From Escherichia coli (GTDB lineage Bacteria > Pseudomonadota > Gammaproteobacteria > Enterobacterales > Enterobacteriaceae), in the NCBI RefSeq assembly GCF_030384885.1, contig NZ_CP128613.1: DNA of 64,000 nt; one strand, written 5' to 3'. Positions 49,028 to 59,352 of this stretch are shown piece by piece. Both the position numbers and the translations under genes were made by a program. The notes beneath the pieces were generated by a model. It saw only the letters and a list, made by a program, of their open reading frames with translations, had not been told where the DNA came from and ran no database searches. The stretch's first letter is position 1. Each line of letters starts with the position of its first letter.

Positions 49028-50266
49028 ATGGCTGACACTCGCCCTGAACGTCGCTTTACGCGTATTGATCGTCTCCCACCCTACGTTTTTAACATTACCG
49101 CTGAACTGAAAATGGCTGCGCGTCGGCGCGGCGAAGATATTATCGATTTCAGTATGGGTAACCCGGACGGTGCGACCCCGCCGCATATCGTCGAAAAATT
49201 ATGTACGGTGGCCCAGCGACCGGACACGCATGGTTATTCCACCTCGCGTGGTATTCCGCGGTTACGTCGCGCCATTTCCCGCTGGTATCAGGATCGCTAC
49301 GACGTCGAGATCGACCCGGAATCAGAGGCTATCGTCACCATTGGCTCGAAAGAGGGGCTGGCGCATCTGATGCTGGCGACGCTGGATCACGGTGACACTG
49401 TACTGGTGCCTAATCCAAGCTACCCGATTCATATTTACGGCGCGGTGATTGCCGGGGCGCAGGTACGCTCAGTGCCGCTGGTGGACGGTGTCGATTTCTT
49501 CAACGAACTGGAACGCGCCATTCGCGAAAGTTATCCGAAACCGAAGATGATGATCCTCGGCTTCCCGTCGAACCCAACCGCGCAATGCGTGGAACTGGAA
49601 TTCTTTGAGAAGGTTGTGGCGCTGGCGAAACGCTACGATGTGCTGGTGGTCCATGACCTGGCCTATGCCGATATCGTCTACGATGGCTGGAAAGCGCCGT
49701 CAATTATGCAGGTGCCGGGTGCACGAGACGTGGCGGTCGAGTTCTTTACGCTGTCGAAAAGCTACAACATGGCGGGCTGGCGTATCGGCTTTATGGTCGG
49801 TAACAAAACGCTGGTCAGTGCGTTGGCACGTATTAAAAGCTATCACGATTACGGTACTTTTACGCCGTTGCAGGTGGCGGCGATTGCGGCACTGGAGGGC
49901 GATCAACAGTGCGTGCGCGATATTGCCGAACAGTACAAACGCCGCCGCGATGTACTGGTTAAAGGGCTGCATGAAGCAGGCTGGATGGTCGAAATGCCGA
50001 AGGCTTCGATGTATGTCTGGGCGAAAATCCCGGAACCATATGCGGCCATGGGCTCACTGGAATTTGCCAAGAAACTGCTTAACGAAGCGAAGGTCTGTGT
50101 CTCTCCAGGGATTGGCTTTGGCGACTACGGCGACACCCATGTCCGCTTTGCGCTGATTGAAAACCGCGACCGTATACGCCAGGCGATTCGTGGAATTAAA
50201 GCGATGTTCCGTGCCGACGGTTTACTACCCGCCAGCAGCAAACATATTCACGAAAACGCGGAATAA
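49028..50266 (+). CDS. alaC: Glutamate-pyruvate aminotransferase (class I aminotransferase)
   Basis: 412-aa PLP aminotransferase ORF recognised as AlaC/YfdZ. Confidence 0.85.
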   Translation: MADTRPERRFTRIDRLPPYVFNITAELKMAARRRGEDIIDFSMGNPDGATPPHIVEKLCTVAQRPDTHGYSTSRGIPRLRRAISRWYQDRYDVEIDPESEAIVTIGSKEGLAHLMLATLDHGDTVLVPNPSYPIHIYGAVIAGAQVRSVPLVDGVDFFNELERAIRESYPKPKMMILGFPSNPTAQCVELEFFEKVVALAKRYDVLVVHDLAYADIVYDGWKAPSIMQVPGARDVAVEFFTLSKSYNMAGWRIGFMVGNKTLVSALARIKSYHDYGTFTPLQVAAIAALEGDQQCVRDIAEQYKRRRDVLVKGLHEAGWMVEMPKASMYVWAKIPEPYAAMGSLEFAKKLLNEAKVCVSPGIGFGDYGDTHVRFALIENRDRIRQAIRGIKAMFRADGLLPASSKHIHENAE

Positions 50267-50284
50267 ACACCATCGCCAGAAATG

Positions 50285-50313
50285 CAAACAGGAGCCAGAT
50301 GGCTCCTGTTTTT
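50285..50313. terminator. Bidirectional terminator between alaC and ypdK
   Basis: aaacaggagccagatggctcctgttttt: hairpin flanked by A- and T-tracts. Confidence 0.6.
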
Positions 50314-50330
50314 CATTGCACAGTTTGCTT

Positions 50331-50402
50331 TTAGATCATCAGGGCAAAAGTACCGGCCCAAACGATGACCATAAAAGAAATGCCCATAAAGAAATATTTC
50401 AC
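50331..50402 (-). CDS. ypdK: 23-aa hydrophobic microprotein (GTG start)
   Basis: My own translation of the minus strand: MKYFFMGISFMVIVWAGTFALMI*; ggagag RBS about 7 nt upstream; matches my memory of E. coli YpdK. Confidence 0.5.
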   Translation of the reverse strand: MKYFFMGISFMVIVWAGTFALMI

Positions 50403-50756
50403 TTTACATCTCTCCGCGTAATTACTGTTACGCCTGAATGACTTCATTACACCTGATACAGTGAGTTGACACCGGGCAAAACGACATTGAAAGTCCATAT
50501 TTTACCGTGGGCATCACCCCAGAATTCTGAGCTAAACTGCTCGAGACGGCGCTAATGTACGCCTAAAACTGAAACGAGACAAGAGGCATTTTCTTATTTA
50601 CTTTTAGTAACTTACAGGTGTCTCATATCGGCGACAGTTTAATTTCTGACGGTAATAATTAGAGATTCAGCGAAGGAAAAAACCTTAAGAAAAAAGCCAT
50701 AAAAACCATGAGGTTATTATGGCTGATTTGAGGAGGGAAAGAGTAAGAGCAGTTTG

Positions 50757-51677
50757 TTAAATGTATAACGACGATTCTCCCACCGGGCGCGTTTTAAAGC
50801 GACGGTGGATCCAGAGGTACTGCTCCGGTGCGCGCATAATCTCTTTCTCGATAATCTTGTTCATATAGGCAGCGGCTTGATTTTCATCTGCCGGGTAGCC
50901 TTCCATTTCAGGGGTGATGAACAACCGATATCCGCTGTAATCCGTTTTTCTGACCATCGTTACGGTCAACATGGCTGCGCCAGAGAGACGAGAGAGGACA
51001 TAGGTGCCATTGGTTGTAGCAACATTTTCTACCGCAAAGAACGGTGCGAAGGAGCTACCTTTACGACCATAATCCTGATCGGGAGCAAACCATACGGCTT
51101 CACCTTTCTTCAGCGCACCGACAATACCGCGCAGATTATTTCTGCCGATCATCGCTTTGTTAGAGCGCATGCGACCACGGGTCTGCACCCATTCCATCAG
51201 CTGATTATTATGCGGACGATAGGTGGCCATCATTGGCTGACATAGTCCCATCACGCGGCCGCCCAATTCCAGCGACATAAAATGGACGCCGACAACCATC
51301 ACGCCACGATTCTGCAGTTGTGCGCGTTTGAGGTTATCCAGCCCTTCAACATCAAACCATTTACGTACGCGACTGTCGGGCCAGAACCATGCCATGCCGG
51401 TTTCTACCAGCGCCATGCCGAGTGAACGAAAGTTTTCGGCAATCATCTTCTCGCGCTCTTCAGCAGAATGCTGTGGGAAACAAAGTTCCAGGTTCTTACG
51501 GGCGATAGATTCACGACGTTTCAGGAATGGTCGCGCCATCGTGCCGATACGCGTGCCGAGAAAACAGAGAACAGGGTAAGGAAGCTGTACCCAAAGCCAG
51601 AGTACACCAAGCCCAAACCATGTGAGCCAGTAGCGAGGATGTAGAAACTCGCGGGAAAATTTGCATTTTGGAAACAT
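50757..51677 (-). CDS. lpxP: Lipid A biosynthesis palmitoleoyltransferase (cold-induced)
   Basis: Track ORF trimmed to MFPKCKFSREFLHPRYWLTW... giving 306 aa. Confidence 0.8.
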   Translation of the reverse strand: MFPKCKFSREFLHPRYWLTWFGLGVLWLWVQLPYPVLCFLGTRIGTMARPFLKRRESIARKNLELCFPQHSAEEREKMIAENFRSLGMALVETGMAWFWPDSRVRKWFDVEGLDNLKRAQLQNRGVMVVGVHFMSLELGGRVMGLCQPMMATYRPHNNQLMEWVQTRGRMRSNKAMIGRNNLRGIVGALKKGEAVWFAPDQDYGRKGSSFAPFFAVENVATTNGTYVLSRLSGAAMLTVTMVRKTDYSGYRLFITPEMEGYPADENQAAAYMNKIIEKEIMRAPEQYLWIHRRFKTRPVGESSLYI

Positions 51678-52030
51678 AGTTACCTTCTGTAGATACGAAT
51701 TGTTGTATCGCAGAAGATTCCATGTCGACAGCGGTACACTCAATTGATTGGGCCATCATGTACGACAATGGTTCCTGTAAAGAGTGTAAAGACTAGTCAG
51801 GACATAACCACGAGGAGCATGAATGCGGTGCTTTTACTTTATCACTGGCTGACTGCTTTCAGCTACTGATTATTTATCGTGCAAAGTAAATATTTTTTTC
51901 GCACATTACAGTCTTGCATTTAACGTGCTGTTTTCATTAATACTTAGCAAAAATTGCCAGAGGTTAAGGATTGTCTTACTATTAAAGTGACTGAAGTTAC
52001 AGGTTTTTTAGCGCGGCAGGAGGTTGAGCT

Positions 52031-52273
52031 ATGATTTATTTATGGATGTTTCTCGCCCTGTGTATTGTCTGCGTAAGCGGATACATCGGTCAGGTACTGA
52101 ACGTGGTCTCGGCGGTCTCTTCTTTCTTCGGCATGGTGATCCTCGCTGCACTCATTTACTACTTCACCATGTGGTTAACTGGCGGTAATGAACTAGTGAC
52201 GGGGATATTTATGTTTCTTGCCCCGGCTTGTGGCTTGATGATTCGCTTTATGGTGGGGTATGGCAGGCGGTAG
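52031..52273 (+). CDS. yfdY: Small inner-membrane protein (DUF2545)
   Basis: 80-aa ORF with two predicted TM helices. Confidence 0.6.
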   Translation: MIYLWMFLALCIVCVSGYIGQVLNVVSAVSSFFGMVILAALIYYFTMWLTGGNELVTGIFMFLAPACGLMIRFMVGYGRR

Positions 52274-52349
52274 TAGTTCAGGATGGATCATTTGGGCAGG
52301 TGCTCACATCATCAACAGATATGATTGTTCACCTGCCATGTGACAGACG

Positions 52350-52625
52350 CTATCGCACAGGATGAATAAGATAATTCGCCTTTGTCGGAAAAGGGGGCGT
52401 GATGTCTTCTGTGAGATTTAATGGTGGCGCATCTTCTCTCATCTTAAACAAAATCGCCTGTGATGGTTGAAGTTTTGTAGAATGAGTTGTCGTCATCACT
52501 GACGTTTTTTCTGTCTCTTTATAGCTCGTCTCACTTCCACCACCAGAAATGGAAAATGCAAAAACATTGCATGCCATAATAGAGACCAATAAAAATAAGC
52601 TAAAAAGCATTAAGTTTACTTTCAT
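52350..52625 (-). CDS. ypdI: Small exported protein / putative lipoprotein
   Basis: 91-aa ORF with lipoprotein-type signal (LLVSIMAC). Confidence 0.55.
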   Translation of the reverse strand: MKVNLMLFSLFLLVSIMACNVFAFSISGGGSETSYKETEKTSVMTTTHSTKLQPSQAILFKMREDAPPLNLTEDITPPFPTKANYLIHPVR

Positions 52626-52767
52626 AGAAAGTTATCCTGAGAATGGCTCACTGAGAACCTACGATGTTATGGCTGTATTTACATTTAATTAATCAGTATT
52701 TACATCGATATAATAAATGACATCTCTTTGTGGTATATAAGAATAGTTCTCTGCGACAGGAAGCATA

Positions 52768-52785
52768 TTCCTACAATTGTAAGAC
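52768..52785. promoter_or_regulatory. EvgA-box-like 18-bp inverted repeat upstream of yfdX
   Basis: TTCCTACA-AT-TGTAAGAC; resembles the TTCYTACA..TGTARGAA EvgA box as I recall it. Confidence 0.5.
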
Positions 52786-52805
52786 TAAAATACTTCTTGC
52801 GATAA

Positions 52806-52823
52806 TAACTACAACTGTAAGAT
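52806..52823. promoter_or_regulatory. Second, weaker EvgA-box-like repeat upstream of yfdX
   Basis: TAACTACA-AC-TGTAAGAT. Confidence 0.4.
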
Positions 52824-52920
52824 AACCCTTTCAAAATGACCGTTGCTCTCTGATTTCTCATTTCATGCTCACCCAATATGATGGCGGCGTTTTCTAAAAC
52901 TGTTAAAGAATGAGGTAAGT

Positions 52921-53553
52921 ATGAAACGTTTAATTATGGCTACGATGGTCACAGCGATTTTGGCATCATCAACTGTATGGGCTGCTGATAATGCACCGGT
53001 AGCAGCACAACAGCAAACTCAGCAAGTTCAGCAAACCCAGAAAACTGTAGCAGCAGAGCGTATCTCTGAACAGGGTTTATATGCGATGCGTGACGTGCAG
53101 GTAGCGCGCCTGGCTCTGTTTCATGGCGATCCGGAAAAGGCAAAAGAACTGACCAATGAAGCTTCAGCTTTGCTGTCAGATGACAGTACTGAATGGGCAA
53201 AGTTCGCTAAGCCAGGTAAAAAGACCAATATCAATGATGACCAATATATTGTCATTAATGCATCTGTCGGAATTTCTGAGAGTTATGTAGCGACACCAGA
53301 AAAAGAAGCAGCGATAAAAATTGCGAATGAAAAAATGGCGAAAGGAGATAAAAAGGGCGCAATGGAAGAGCTTCGCCTGGCCGGTGTTGGCGTAATGGAA
53401 AACCAATATCTGATGCCGCTTAAACAGACTCGTAATGCACTTGCTGATGCGCAGAAACTGCTTGATAAAAAGCAATACTACGAGGCAAACCTGGCGCTTA
53501 AAGGTGCGGAAGATGGAATCATCGTCGATAGCGAAGCACTGTTTGTGAACTAA
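52921..53553 (+). CDS. yfdX: Periplasmic protein YfdX (EvgA-regulon member)
   Basis: 210-aa ORF with signal peptide [21 protein letters not shown]. Confidence 0.8.
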   Translation: MKRLIMATMVTAILASSTVWAADNAPVAAQQQTQQVQQTQKTVAAERISEQGLYAMRDVQVARLALFHGDPEKAKELTNEASALLSDDSTEWAKFAKPGKKTNINDDQYIVINASVGISESYVATPEKEAAIKIANEKMAKGDKKGAMEELRLAGVGVMENQYLMPLKQTRNALADAQKLLDKKQYYEANLALKGAEDGIIVDSEALFVN

Positions 53554-53606
53554 TGCTGACAGGCAGCATATTGAAGTAAAAGATTTTACTCCCTCCAGGC
53601 GACAAT

Positions 53607-53644
53607 TTTTTATGACCACAATACGACCGATTGTGGTCATAAAA
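53607..53644. repeat. Perfect 15-bp inverted repeat with 7-nt loop
   Basis: ttttatgaccacaat-acgaccg-attgtggtcataaaa, 54 nt downstream of the yfdX stop. Confidence 0.7.
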
Positions 53645-53797
53645 TTATTTGGCGCTCGCGGTTCTATAAACACGCATTTTCTATTCCTCAAAGTAAACAT
53701 TAATAATCCCGTGTCATCACGAAATCATTGTTTATGTTATGTTTTATGGTACGATTTAAAAATCGTAATCATTTCCCTAACTGTAAATCACAATCGC

Positions 53798-53815
53798 TTC
53801 TTACAGTTGTAAGAA
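53798..53815. promoter_or_regulatory. Perfect EvgA-box-like palindrome upstream of frc
   Basis: TTCTTACA-GT-TGTAAGAA, about 250 nt upstream of the frc start. Confidence 0.55.
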
Positions 53816-54066
53816 TAACATCACAAATGTCGCGGCTCTCTCTGATTACCGCAAACCAATATTTATCATATTCTTCTTTTCGTCCTCACTACTTACCATG
53901 CAAAAAGGAATTGGAAGTGGCGATGAAATGATTTCCAGCACTTGATACAGGAATTTAAAAATATCGAGTGCAGCTACGACGATATTTTGCGGATTATTTA
54001 TAGAGGGCGTTATGCCTTAAATAAACGCTAAATTAACATATATTTAATTAACTAATAGGTATTGCT

Positions 54067-55317
54067 ATGTCAACTCCACTTCAAGGAATTAAAGTTCTCG
54101 ATTTCACCGGTGTGCAATCTGGCCCATCTTGTACTCAGATGCTGGCGTGGTTTGGCGCTGACGTCATTAAAATTGAACGTCCCGGCGTTGGTGACGTAAC
54201 GCGTCGCCAGCTGCGAGATATTCCTGATATCGATGCACTTTACTTCACCATGCTTAACAGCAACAAACGTTCTATTGAATTAAATACCAAAACAACGGAA
54301 GGCAAAGAGGTAATGGAAAAGCTGATCCGCGAAGCTGATATCTTGGTCGAGAACTTTCATCCAGGGGCTATTGATCACATGGGCTTCACCTGGGAGCATA
54401 TTCAGGAAATCAACCCACGTCTGATTTTTGGTTCGATCAAAGGGTTTGATGAGTGTTCGCCTTATGTGAATGTAAAAGCCTATGAAAACGTTGCTCAGGC
54501 AGCGGGTGGCGCGGCATCCACTACGGGTTTTTGGGACGGCCCGCCGCTGGTAAGCGCTGCAGCGTTGGGTGACAGCAACACCGGAATGCATTTGCTGATC
54601 GGTTTACTTGCTGCTTTGCTGCATCGCGAAAAAACGGGGCGTGGGCAACGAGTTACCATGTCAATGCAGGATGCCGTGTTGAACCTTTGCCGCGTGAAAT
54701 TACGTGACCAGCAGCGCCTCGATAAGCTGGGTTATCTGGAAGAATACCCGCAGTATCCGAATGGCACATTTGGCGACGCAGTACCACGCGGTGGTAATGC
54801 GGGTGGTGGCGGTCAGCCTGGCTGGATCCTGAAATGTAAAGGCTGGGAAACCGATCCTAACGCCTATATTTATTTCACTATTCAGGAGCAAAACTGGGAA
54901 AACACCTGTAAAGCTATCGGCAAACCAGAATGGATTACCGATCCGGCATACAGTACAGCTCATGCCCGACAGCCACATATTTTCGATATTTTTGCTGAAA
55001 TCGAAAAATACACTGTCACTATTGATAAACATGAAGCGGTGGCCTATTTGACTCAGTTTGATATTCCTTGTGCACCGGTTTTAAGTATGAAAGAAATTTC
55101 ACTTGATCCCTCTTTGCGCCAAAGTGGCAGTGTTGTCGAAGTGGAGCAACCGTTGCGTGGAAAATATCTGACAGTTGGTTGTCCAATGAAATTCTCTGCC
55201 TTTACGCCGGATATTAAAGCTGCGCCGCTATTAGGTGAACATACCGCTGCTGTATTGCAGGAGCTGGGTTATAGCGACGATGAAATTGCTGCAATGAAGC
55301 AAAACCACGCCATCTGA
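54067..55317 (+). CDS. frc: Formyl-CoA:oxalate CoA-transferase
   Basis: 416-aa family III CoA-transferase ORF recognised as Frc/YfdW. Confidence 0.9.
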   Translation: MSTPLQGIKVLDFTGVQSGPSCTQMLAWFGADVIKIERPGVGDVTRRQLRDIPDIDALYFTMLNSNKRSIELNTKTTEGKEVMEKLIREADILVENFHPGAIDHMGFTWEHIQEINPRLIFGSIKGFDECSPYVNVKAYENVAQAAGGAASTTGFWDGPPLVSAAALGDSNTGMHLLIGLLAALLHREKTGRGQRVTMSMQDAVLNLCRVKLRDQQRLDKLGYLEEYPQYPNGTFGDAVPRGGNAGGGGQPGWILKCKGWETDPNAYIYFTIQEQNWENTCKAIGKPEWITDPAYSTAHARQPHIFDIFAEIEKYTVTIDKHEAVAYLTQFDIPCAPVLSMKEISLDPSLRQSGSVVEVEQPLRGKYLTVGCPMKFSAFTPDIKAAPLLGEHTAAVLQELGYSDDEIAAMKQNHAI

Positions 55318-55370
55318 TATTAACGGGGGCTTCTGGCTCCCAATTTATAAAAATTTCGAGGTTATTAATC

Positions 55371-57065
55371 ATGTCAGATCAACTTCAAATGACAGATGGT
55401 ATGCATATCATCGTTGAAGCATTAAAACAGAATAATATTGACACTATTTATGGTGTTGTAGGTATTCCTGTGACGGATATGGCGCGCCATGCCCAGGCGG
55501 AAGGCATTCGTTATATTGGTTTTCGTCATGAGCAATCTGCAGGCTATGCGGCTGCGGCAAGCGGTTTTCTTACCCAAAAGCCAGGGATCTGCCTGACCGT
55601 TTCTGCGCCAGGATTCCTCAATGGTTTGACCGCATTGGCCAACGCAACAGTAAATGGTTTTCCGATGATCATGATCAGCGGCTCCAGCGATCGCGCGATC
55701 GTTGATCTCCAGCAAGGTGATTATGAAGAGCTGGACCAAATGAATGCGGCAAAACCCTATGCCAAAGCGGCATTCCGCGTTAACCAGCCGCAGGATCTTG
55801 GCATTGCGTTGGCACGCGCTATCCGGGTCTCCGTTTCGGGTCGCCCTGGCGGTGTTTATCTTGATTTGCCAGCAAATGTCCTGGCTGCGACGATGGAAAA
55901 GGACGAGGCATTAGCCACTATTGTTAAAGTTGAAAACCCATCGCCAGCGTTATTGCCATGCCCGAAGTCAGTCACTAGTGCAATTTCGCTGTTAGCAAAA
56001 GCAGAACGGCCATTAATTATCCTTGGTAAAGGCGCGGCGTATTCACAAGCTGATGAGCAGCTTCGTGAGTTTATTGAAAGTACCCAGATTCCATTCCTGC
56101 CAATGTCTATGGCGAAAGGGATCCTGGAAGATACGCATCCACTTTCTGCGGCGGCTGCGCGTTCGTTTGCGCTGGCAAATGCTGATGTTGTCATGCTTGT
56201 TGGGGCGCGACTGAATTGGTTACTGGCGCACGGTAAAAAAGGATGGGCGGCAGATACACAGTTTATTCAACTGGATATAGAACCGCAGGAAATTGACAGC
56301 AATCGACCCATTACTGTGCCAGTCGTTGGCGATATTGCATCCAGTATGCAAGGTATGCTGGCAGAACTGAAACAAAACACATTTACGACTCCACTGGTGT
56401 GGCGCGATATTTTAAATATCCACAAGCAGCAAAATGCGCAAAAAATGCATGAAAAGTTAAGTACAGATACCCAACCATTAAATTACTTTAATGCATTGAG
56501 TGCGGTGCGCGATGTATTGCGCGAGAACCAGGATATTTATTTAGTTAATGAAGGGGCAAATACCCTGGATAATGCACGAAATATTATTGATATGTATAAA
56601 CCACGTCGTCGTCTGGATTGTGGCACCTGGGGTGTCATGGGCATCGGTATGGGCTATGCCATCGGTGCTAGCGTGACCTCTGGTTCTCCGGTTGTCGCCA
56701 TTGAAGGTGATAGTGCTTTTGGTTTCAGTGGGATGGAGATTGAAACGATTTGTCGATATAACCTGCCGGTGACAATCGTTATTTTTAATAATGGCGGCAT
56801 CTACAGAGGAGACGGTGTTGATCTCAGTGGCGCTGGTGCACCATCACCAACAGATCTATTGCACCATGCAAGGTATGACAAATTAATGGATGCATTTCGT
56901 GGCGTTGGATATAACGTCACCACGACAGATGAACTTCGTCATGCTTTAACCACCGGTATTCAGTCGCGCAAACCGACCATTATTAATGTGGTCATCGACC
57001 CAGCAGCAGGAACTGAAAGTGGCCATATTACCAAACTTAACCCAAAACAAGTCGCTGGTAATTAA
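55371..57065 (+). CDS. oxc: Oxalyl-CoA decarboxylase (ThDP-dependent)
   Basis: 564-aa ORF with ThDP-binding motif ([31 protein letters not shown]). Confidence 0.9.
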
Positions 57066-57133
57066 ATACTGACATCGTCTCCTCTTGCCAACTCATTATC
57101 GATGGTGAGGGGACCCTTATCGGAAATACTATT

Positions 57134-58078
57134 ATGCTAACATTTTTTATTGGCGATTTATTGCCTATTATCGTAATCATGCTGTTGGGTTATTTTAGCG
57201 GCAGACGAGAAACTTTTTCAGAAGATCAAGCCCGGGCATTTAATAAACTGGTATTAAACTACGCTCTTCCTGCGGCCCTATTTGTTTCTATTACCCGGGC
57301 AAACAGGGAAATGATTTTTGCGGACACTCGCCTGACCCTTGTATCACTTGTGGTTATTGTCGGATGTTTCTTTTTCTCCTGGTTTGGTTGCTACAAATTT
57401 TTTAAACGTACCCATGCAGAAGCAGCAGTATGTGCATTAATTGCAGGTTCACCTACCATTGGATTCCTGGGGTTTGCAGTTCTCGACCCTATTTATGGTG
57501 ATTCCGTATCAACAGGTTTAGTGGTAGCAATTATTTCTATTATTGTTAACGCAATTACTATTCCTATTGGTCTGTATTTGCTGAATCCCTCCTCAGGAGC
57601 GGATGGTAAGAAGAATAGCAATCTGAGCGCGTTAATCTCTGCGGCAAAGGAGCCAGTCGTATGGGCACCTGTTCTGGCAACGATCTTGGTGTTGGTTGGG
57701 GTAAAAATTCCGGCAGCATGGGATCCAACCTTTAATCTGATTGCGAAGGCTAACTCAGGGGTAGCGGTATTCGCTGCGGGGTTGACTCTGGCTGCACATA
57801 AATTCGAGTTCAGTGCTGAAATTGCTTATAACACCTTCCTGAAGCTGATTCTGATGCCACTGGCACTGCTTCTCGTTGGTATGGCATGTCATTTGAACAG
57901 CGAACATCTGCAGATGATGGTACTGGCAGGCGCATTACCGCCGGCATTCTCCGGAATCATTATTGCCAGCCGGTTTAATGTCTACACCCGCACTGGTACA
58001 GCGTCATTGGCTGTTAGCGTGCTGGGTTTTGTCGTCACGGCTCCCTTGTGGATTTATGTCAGTCGACTGGTTTCATAA
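57134..58078 (+). CDS. yfdV: AEC-family membrane transporter
   Basis: 314-aa polytopic ORF. Confidence 0.75.
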
Positions 58079-58151
58079 TTAATCATGTTATTAATTTTCA
58101 TAAATGCCGAAGAGTCTTTTCACCTTCGGCTTTTTTTCAAGGCATAAGCAA

Positions 58152-59297
58152 ATGACCAATAATGAATGCAAAGGGCCGTTTGAAGGCTTATTAGTTATCG
58201 ATATGACGCATGTCCTTAATGGGCCTTTCGGAACTCAACTTCTTTGTAATATGGGCGCAAGGGTAATTAAAGTTGAGCCGCCAGGTCATGGTGATGATAC
58301 CCGCACATTTGGTCCCTATGTGGATGGACAGTCACTCTATTACAGTTTTATTAATCATGGCAAAGAGAGTGTGGTTCTTGATTTAAAGAATGATCACGAT
58401 AAAAGCATATTTATAAATATGCTTAAACAAGCGGATGTATTAGCTGAGAATTTTCGCCCAGGTACAATGGAAAAACTGGGGTTTTCATGGGAAACGCTAC
58501 AAGAAATCAACCCGCGTCTCATCTATGCTTCATCGTCAGGTTTTGGGCATACTGGCCCGCTAAAAGATGCTCCTGCCTACGATACCATCATTCAGGCAAT
58601 GAGCGGGATAATGATGGAAACGGGATACCCTGATGCTCCGCCTGTGCGCGTGGGTACCTCTCTTGCGGATTTATGTGGCGGTGTCTATTTATTCAGTGGA
58701 ATCGTGAGTGCGCTTTATGGCCGCGAAAAAAGCCAGCGAGGGGCGCATGTCGATATCGCGATGTTTGATGCCACTCTGAGTTTTCTGGAGCATGGACTGA
58801 TGGCATATATCGCGACAGGGAAGTCACCACAACGTCTGGGAAATCGTCACCCCTACATGGCACCTTTTGATGTTTTCGATACTCAGGATAAACCAATTAC
58901 GATTTGTTGTGGTAATGACAAGCTTTTTTCTGCGTTATGCCAGGCACTGGATCTGACGGAACTTGTTGATGATCCCCGATTTATCAGCAATATTTTACGC
59001 GTACAAAACCAGGCTATTCTTAAACAATATATTGAGCGGACGTTAAAAACGCAGGCAGCTGAAGTTTGGTTAGCCAGAATACATGAAGTTGGTGTACCCG
59101 TAGCGCCGTTATTAAGTGTGGCTGAGGCCATTAATTTGCCACAAACTCAGGCGAGAAATATGTTGATTGAAGCCGGGGGAATAATGATGCCGGGTAATCC
59201 GATAAAAATCAGCGGCTGCGCGGACCCGCATGTTATGCCGGGAGCGGCAACGCTCGACCAGCATGGGGAACAAATTCGCCAGGAATTCTCATCGTAA
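58152..59297 (+). CDS. yfdE: Acetyl-CoA:oxalate CoA-transferase (family III)
   Basis: Track ORF trimmed to MTNNECKGPFEGLLVIDMTHVLNGPFG... giving 381 aa; paralogous to frc. Confidence 0.8.
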   Translation: MTNNECKGPFEGLLVIDMTHVLNGPFGTQLLCNMGARVIKVEPPGHGDDTRTFGPYVDGQSLYYSFINHGKESVVLDLKNDHDKSIFINMLKQADVLAENFRPGTMEKLGFSWETLQEINPRLIYASSSGFGHTGPLKDAPAYDTIIQAMSGIMMETGYPDAPPVRVGTSLADLCGGVYLFSGIVSALYGREKSQRGAHVDIAMFDATLSFLEHGLMAYIATGKSPQRLGNRHPYMAPFDVFDTQDKPITICCGNDKLFSALCQALDLTELVDDPRFISNILRVQNQAILKQYIERTLKTQAAEVWLARIHEVGVPVAPLLSVAEAINLPQTQARNMLIEAGGIMMPGNPIKISGCADPHVMPGAATLDQHGEQIRQEFSS

Positions 59298-59352
59298 ATG
59301 TTAGATGTGCTGGTAAATAGCTCCCACATTTGAACATTGTGGGAGCCGCTAT

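Noticed and set aside
53612-53812. 66-aa ORF starting inside the 15-bp palindrome downstream of yfdX
   Set aside because: AT-rich intergenic sequence with no RBS and a low-complexity product; its start codon is part of the hairpin stem, so it is more plausibly structural DNA/RNA than coding.
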